Origin: the human T2T-CHM13v2.0 reference genome, Homo sapiens
Assembly (NCBI RefSeq): GCF_009914755.1
Contig: NC_060925.1
Reading direction: 5' to 3' (one strand)
Length of the DNA stretch: 64,000 nt
The notes below the pieces were generated by a model, which was not told the origin of the DNA, searched no databases, and saw only the letters and a list, made by a program, of their open reading frames with translations. The position numbers were made by a program, and so were the translations under genes. Positions 59,446 through 64,000 of this stretch are shown here, piece after piece (position 1 is the first letter of the stretch; each line of letters begins with the position of its first letter).

Positions 59446-59910
59446 TATGTTTACGTATGTGTATGTTTATGCATATGTTATAGGTTTAATATATATTAAT
59501 ATATATAATATATAAATATTAATATGTATTATATAATATATATTAATATATTATATTATATTACTATATAAATCATATTAATATATTATATTAAAATATT
59601 AATAAATATATCATATTAAATATTATATTAATTAAATATTAATAAATATATTATATTAATATATTTATATATTAAACCTATAACATATGCATATACTTAT
59701 TTATATATAACATATGCATGTACTTATTTATATATACAATATATATTTATATATTATATAATATATTATATGTATTTATATATTATATATCATATATTAT
59801 ATGTATTTATATATTATATATCATATAATATATATATTTATATTATATATATTATATGATATATAATATTATATAATGTATTAATATATATTAAACCTAT
59901 ATTTATAATT
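59446..59910. repeat. AT-rich low-complexity palindromic repeat
   Basis: ~460 bp of almost pure A/T with internal inverted arms. Confidence 0.92.
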
Positions 59911-60139
59911 CTGGACTCACTATTTTGTTTCATTGGTGTCTGTGTGTATCTAACCCTATGCCAATAATGTACTATCTTAATTACCATAGCTTTATAGTAA
60001 GCTTTGAAATCAGATAGTGTATTTTTTATCATTGTTTTTTAAAATAATAGTTTATCTTTTTATTTGAATTTGTAATCAGCTAGTCAGTTTCTGCAAAAAG
60101 CTTACTGGGATTTTGCTTGGAATTATGTTACATCTGTAG

Positions 60140-60355
60140 CATGTACTATCCAATATTCTAGCCTTTATCCACATGTGGCTATTAAGGTTTAAATTAATTA
60201 AATTAAAATTTAATTAATTAAAATTAAAACTTAATAATTGGTTCCTCATTCACACTACCATATGTCAAGTGTTCAATAGCCACATATGGTCAATGTCTTG
60301 GAAAAGTCAATACAGTACATTTCCATTATTGCAGTAAGTTCTGTCAAACAGCACT
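60140..60355. mobile_element. hAT-Charlie MITE (MER3/MER33-like)
   Basis: ccacatgtggctatt...tcaagtgttcaatagccacatatgg...ccattattgcagtaagttctgtcaaacagcact. Confidence 0.75.
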
Positions 60356-61382
60356 ATCGTAGACCGATTAGGAGAGAACTGACTTAACAGTATTGGATGC
60401 TCCAGTCAATGAACATCTTTTTTTTTTTCATTTATTTCAGTAGTCTCTGCAGTATATTATAGATTTCAATTTACATATTTTGCATATATTTTATTAAATG
60501 TATAACGGTAGAAGTACTATTATTGGATGATGTGTTCTATAGATGTATTTTAGGTCAAGTTTGTTGATAGTGTTGTTTAAATCTCGTATACCTCTTGATT
60601 TTTTTATTTACTTGTTCTTTGAATTACTGAGACAGGAATGTTATATCCTTAACTATATTTGTGAATTTATTCACTTCTTCCTTCAGTTCTGTTAACTTTT
60701 GCTTAGGTGCTTTTTAAAAATGAAACTTTCAATCTCTGCCTTTTAATTGTAGCATTTAGACCATTTACATTCAATGTAATTATCAATATCAGTTTATTTA
60801 AGTCTGAAGTTGTGCAATTTTTCCTCTACCTATATTATAAATCTTTCTATATACAAAACACATGCTATGTTTTCTGCATATGTTTTAAATGACACCCGGA
60901 AAGCATTGACACTATTTTTGCTTTAGGTTATCTTTCAAAGATGTTAAAAATGAGAAAGAAATATTCTGCATTTATCCATACACTTATTATTTGCAAAGGT
61001 TTTTTTAAATACCTTTGTGTAGATTTCAGTTACCAACTTGTATTTCCTTCAGCTTGAAGAACTTACAATTTCTTGTAGGACAGGTCTCTGACAACAAATT
61101 ATCTCAGCTTTTCTTTGTCTAAAAAAGTTATTGCCTTTATTTTTAAAATATATTTTCACTGGATATTGAATTTTAGGTGATAATCTTTTTTTTTTTGTTA
61201 GCACTTTAAATATGTCTTCTAATGTCCTCTTGCTTTCATAGTTTCTGATGAGAAGTCTACTGTTATTAGTATCTCTTTGTGTGTGTCTCTCTTTTTTCCC
61301 TCTCTGCTATTATGGCTATTTTTTTTTTTTTTTTTTTTTGGTCACTGGTGTCAGCAATTTAATTATGGTGTGCCTTGGTATG

Positions 61383-61385
<3 letters not shown>

Positions 61386-61422
<37 letters not shown>
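61386..61422 (+). repeat. (TG)18 microsatellite
   Basis: Uninterrupted TG run. Confidence 0.95.
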
Positions 61423-61424
<2 letters not shown>

Positions 61425-62829
61425 CTGATGTTCTTTGAGCTTTAGAATCTGTGAGTTTGTAGTTTTCATCAATTATTTTTTCTTTTCATTCCTTTTATTT
61501 ACTCATGTTCGTGTTTTATTTTATATTTTTAAGAATTTTGTGCGTATTTGTAATAACTGTTTAAATGTCATTTGTGAATTCCATTGCTTCTAGGTAGGAT
61601 TCTATTGACAGATATTTTTTCCCTGACGAGAGGTCATACTTTCCTTATTCTTCATGTATCTAGTGGTTTTTGGTTGAATACTGGATATTTTGAATTTTAT
61701 GGGAGTGCTGAATTCTACAATATTCCTTAAAAATGTGTTGGATTTTGTTTTAGCAGATAGCTATCTTACTTGAAGATCAATTTCATATTTTTTGATGTTC
61801 ATTTTTTCATTTATTAAAGAATAGGTCCATGGTAGAGTTTACTGATATCAACCTTTCTGGTGTCTCTAATAAATGCAACATATTCAATAAGATCTTTCCA
61901 CTGTAGCTGGTGGGAACTTAAATGATTCCCATCCCTTTGTGAGCTCTGGGAATTATTTGGCTTACAGCTTCCTGAAAGTTCTTTTCTCCCCTGCCATGCA
62001 TGTAGAATTACTCCTTTTGTAACCTGTATACCATGCATGGATTTAAAAAAGACATAATGGGACCCCTATGAAAATTTCTGGACCTCCTTTTTATCTGGCA
62101 CACTGTCCTGCAAAGTCTAGTACCTTGGTCTCCATGAACTCCATCAATGTCTCCTCAATTTAGCATGTCCAATGTTTAATTGATGGTTATCTCCTTGGAT
62201 TTTTCCTCCTTGCCTTGTGGCCCAGAAATTACCTCCAAGCAGAAAGTGAGTAATGTCTGAAAATGACTGTTTTATATATTGTATCCAGTTTTCTAGTAGT
62301 TTACAGAAGAAAGATATGCCTGAACTCTGTTATTCTCTTATATTCAGAAACAGAGATTTCCAAACCCTGGGTTTAACTGAAAATTCTTAGTGAACCTTTG
62401 TTGCTTAGAGCCTTTTCAGTCTCTTCTTCTATTGTTTGTATCACAAAAACAGGTTAGCTTTTTCAAAACCAATAGATCCAAATTTTTAGATGTTCTCTAA
62501 TTCCTTTTTATTTCCACTTGCAAAATGATAAATTTCTCATGTGAACTCATATCATTCTTAAATACTCTGCTTTAAGCATCAAGGAACAATCAAGACAAAT
62601 TGACATTCTGACCCTTTCCAACAGCTTCTCCTTTCAAATCCACCTTAAATGTTATCACATGCAGCAGGTTTACAAAATATGCAACTACTGCATAACATGA
62701 ATCTTCATCTTTCTAATTTGCAACATTTGTTTCCTTACCATTTAACTTTGGTATGCCAGCTTTTCATTATGTCAGCTCTCTTCTTCACAGTACCATTGTT
62801 TCTGCTAATAACACCACAATAAGTAGACT

Positions 62830-63200
62830 CAAACATGTAATGGTGCAAACAATAGTCCTAGGTGAATGTTCAGGGTGCTGTGGTATTTCTTCTCCATGAT
62901 GTTTTGCAGAGATCCAGAATCCTTTCATCTTGTCACCCTTAGGGACGTAGGGAGTTATTATAGTTAGATTCAGCAAAGGGAAGGCAAAGCAGCATGCAGG
63001 AGCACATGTGGGAAGTTATATGGACCAACTCTAAAAGTGGCACATATCACATCTCACATTCCACTAGCTAGAATTCAATCACAGGTATAACCTAAGGGAG
63101 ATTGTAATTCAATTGTAAGAAGGATTTGCAAATGTAACTTAGCTGTGTGCCAAAGATAAGAAGAAAATAGATTCAGGTAGACAAAGAGCAGAAAGATTTA
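62830..63200. mobile_element. Old MLT1 (MaLR) LTR fragment
   Basis: gtggcacatatcacatctcacattccactagctagaa...aacttagctgtgtgcc. Confidence 0.5.
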
Positions 63201-64000
63201 AGTGTATGTGGATTCTTTTTTTTGTTGTTTCTTCATGTCTCAGTTTATTTTGGAGTGCAAATTCTCAGAGACCCACTTCACATCTAAATTTCCTTATTTT
63301 TGAGGTAATTCTTCTCTTGCCTCTTTCCCTTTTCTTTTTCCCTCTCTTTTTCATGTCTCTTTTTTCTACAAATATTAAATCTTCCAAGTACTTTGCTAGA
63401 ATCTGGACTATGTTGGTAAGCAAGGTAGAGTCCCTGCCAGCGGAGTGACAGTAATTTTTATGTTTTCTATTATTTACCTAATATTTTACCTAGCATCATA
63501 TACAGTAATATTACCTGATGATTTTTAAAATAAAAACTGGGTTATTCAGAATTGTTGAAAGTAACAAGAAACTACTACTCAGGGAAAACTTAGAGAAAAA
63601 AAGACAAAACTCTTCCTATTCATCACCGTTTGCTTTCAGAATTAAAATATTCCATAATCTTTGCCAGACAGAAAGTAACAACATTGATTTCAAATCACCC
63701 TCCCTGACAACTCCCATCAAAACCCAAAACAAAAAAAAATGCATTAACTGGAGGACATCTAATTTCCTAAGTCTGTTTTTAATTTTGCTGTATACATTTT
63801 TATATTAACTCTATATTGATTTTTTTCATTGTTGTTGTTCCAGTGTACGCAGTGTTCCAGATTACTTTTCTGGCAACTGCTGATGTGGTTTGTGGCTATG
63901 TTTCGTCCCATTTCTTAATTAGATGAAATGACACCCCACTTATAATTTAGTTACATAAAAATGGGAGAAATGTCAGTGTTTTTATAGGAAAATCACCGTG

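Larger units (their letters stand above)
57400..62360 (-). mobile_element. Mosaic of antisense L1 fragments with Alu fragment (~58475-58620), AT-rich repeat and MER3-like element
   Basis: catgtaaatggaatcataca, tttgcatttccctgataatt, cagcaccatttattgaagagactgtc and gtttctgatgagaagtc. Confidence 0.8.

Overview
This is primate, almost certainly human, intronic DNA of dynamin 3 (DNM3) on the + strand. Only two coding exons are present: a 150-nt exon (38388-38537) and a 204-nt exon (39677-39880), both in the GTPase domain and corresponding to exons 3 and 4 by the conserved dynamin exon layout. The rest is long introns 2 and 4, packed with Alu, L1, L2, MIR, MaLR/ERV LTRs and DNA transposon fossils. 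Nearly all ORFs in the supplied track are repeat-derived noise. The most notable non-repeat signals are five. (1) A 146-bp, ~97%-identical copy of the exon-4 acceptor and first 63 exonic nt sits upstream of exon 3, followed by an in-frame stop and ATTAAA and preceded by a fold-back. (2) A RUNX/ETS/GATA/GATA motif cluster is followed by a 94-nt exon-like segment with a strong donor, probably an intronic megakaryocyte promoter. (3) A divergent pair of CTCF motifs. (4) A palindromic AT-rich repeat with two alternative right arms. (5) Exons 3+4 have an architecture that would give a stop-free circRNA. Repeat subfamily names are recognised by eye and need RepeatMasker/Dfam confirmation. I see no novel multi-gene system.
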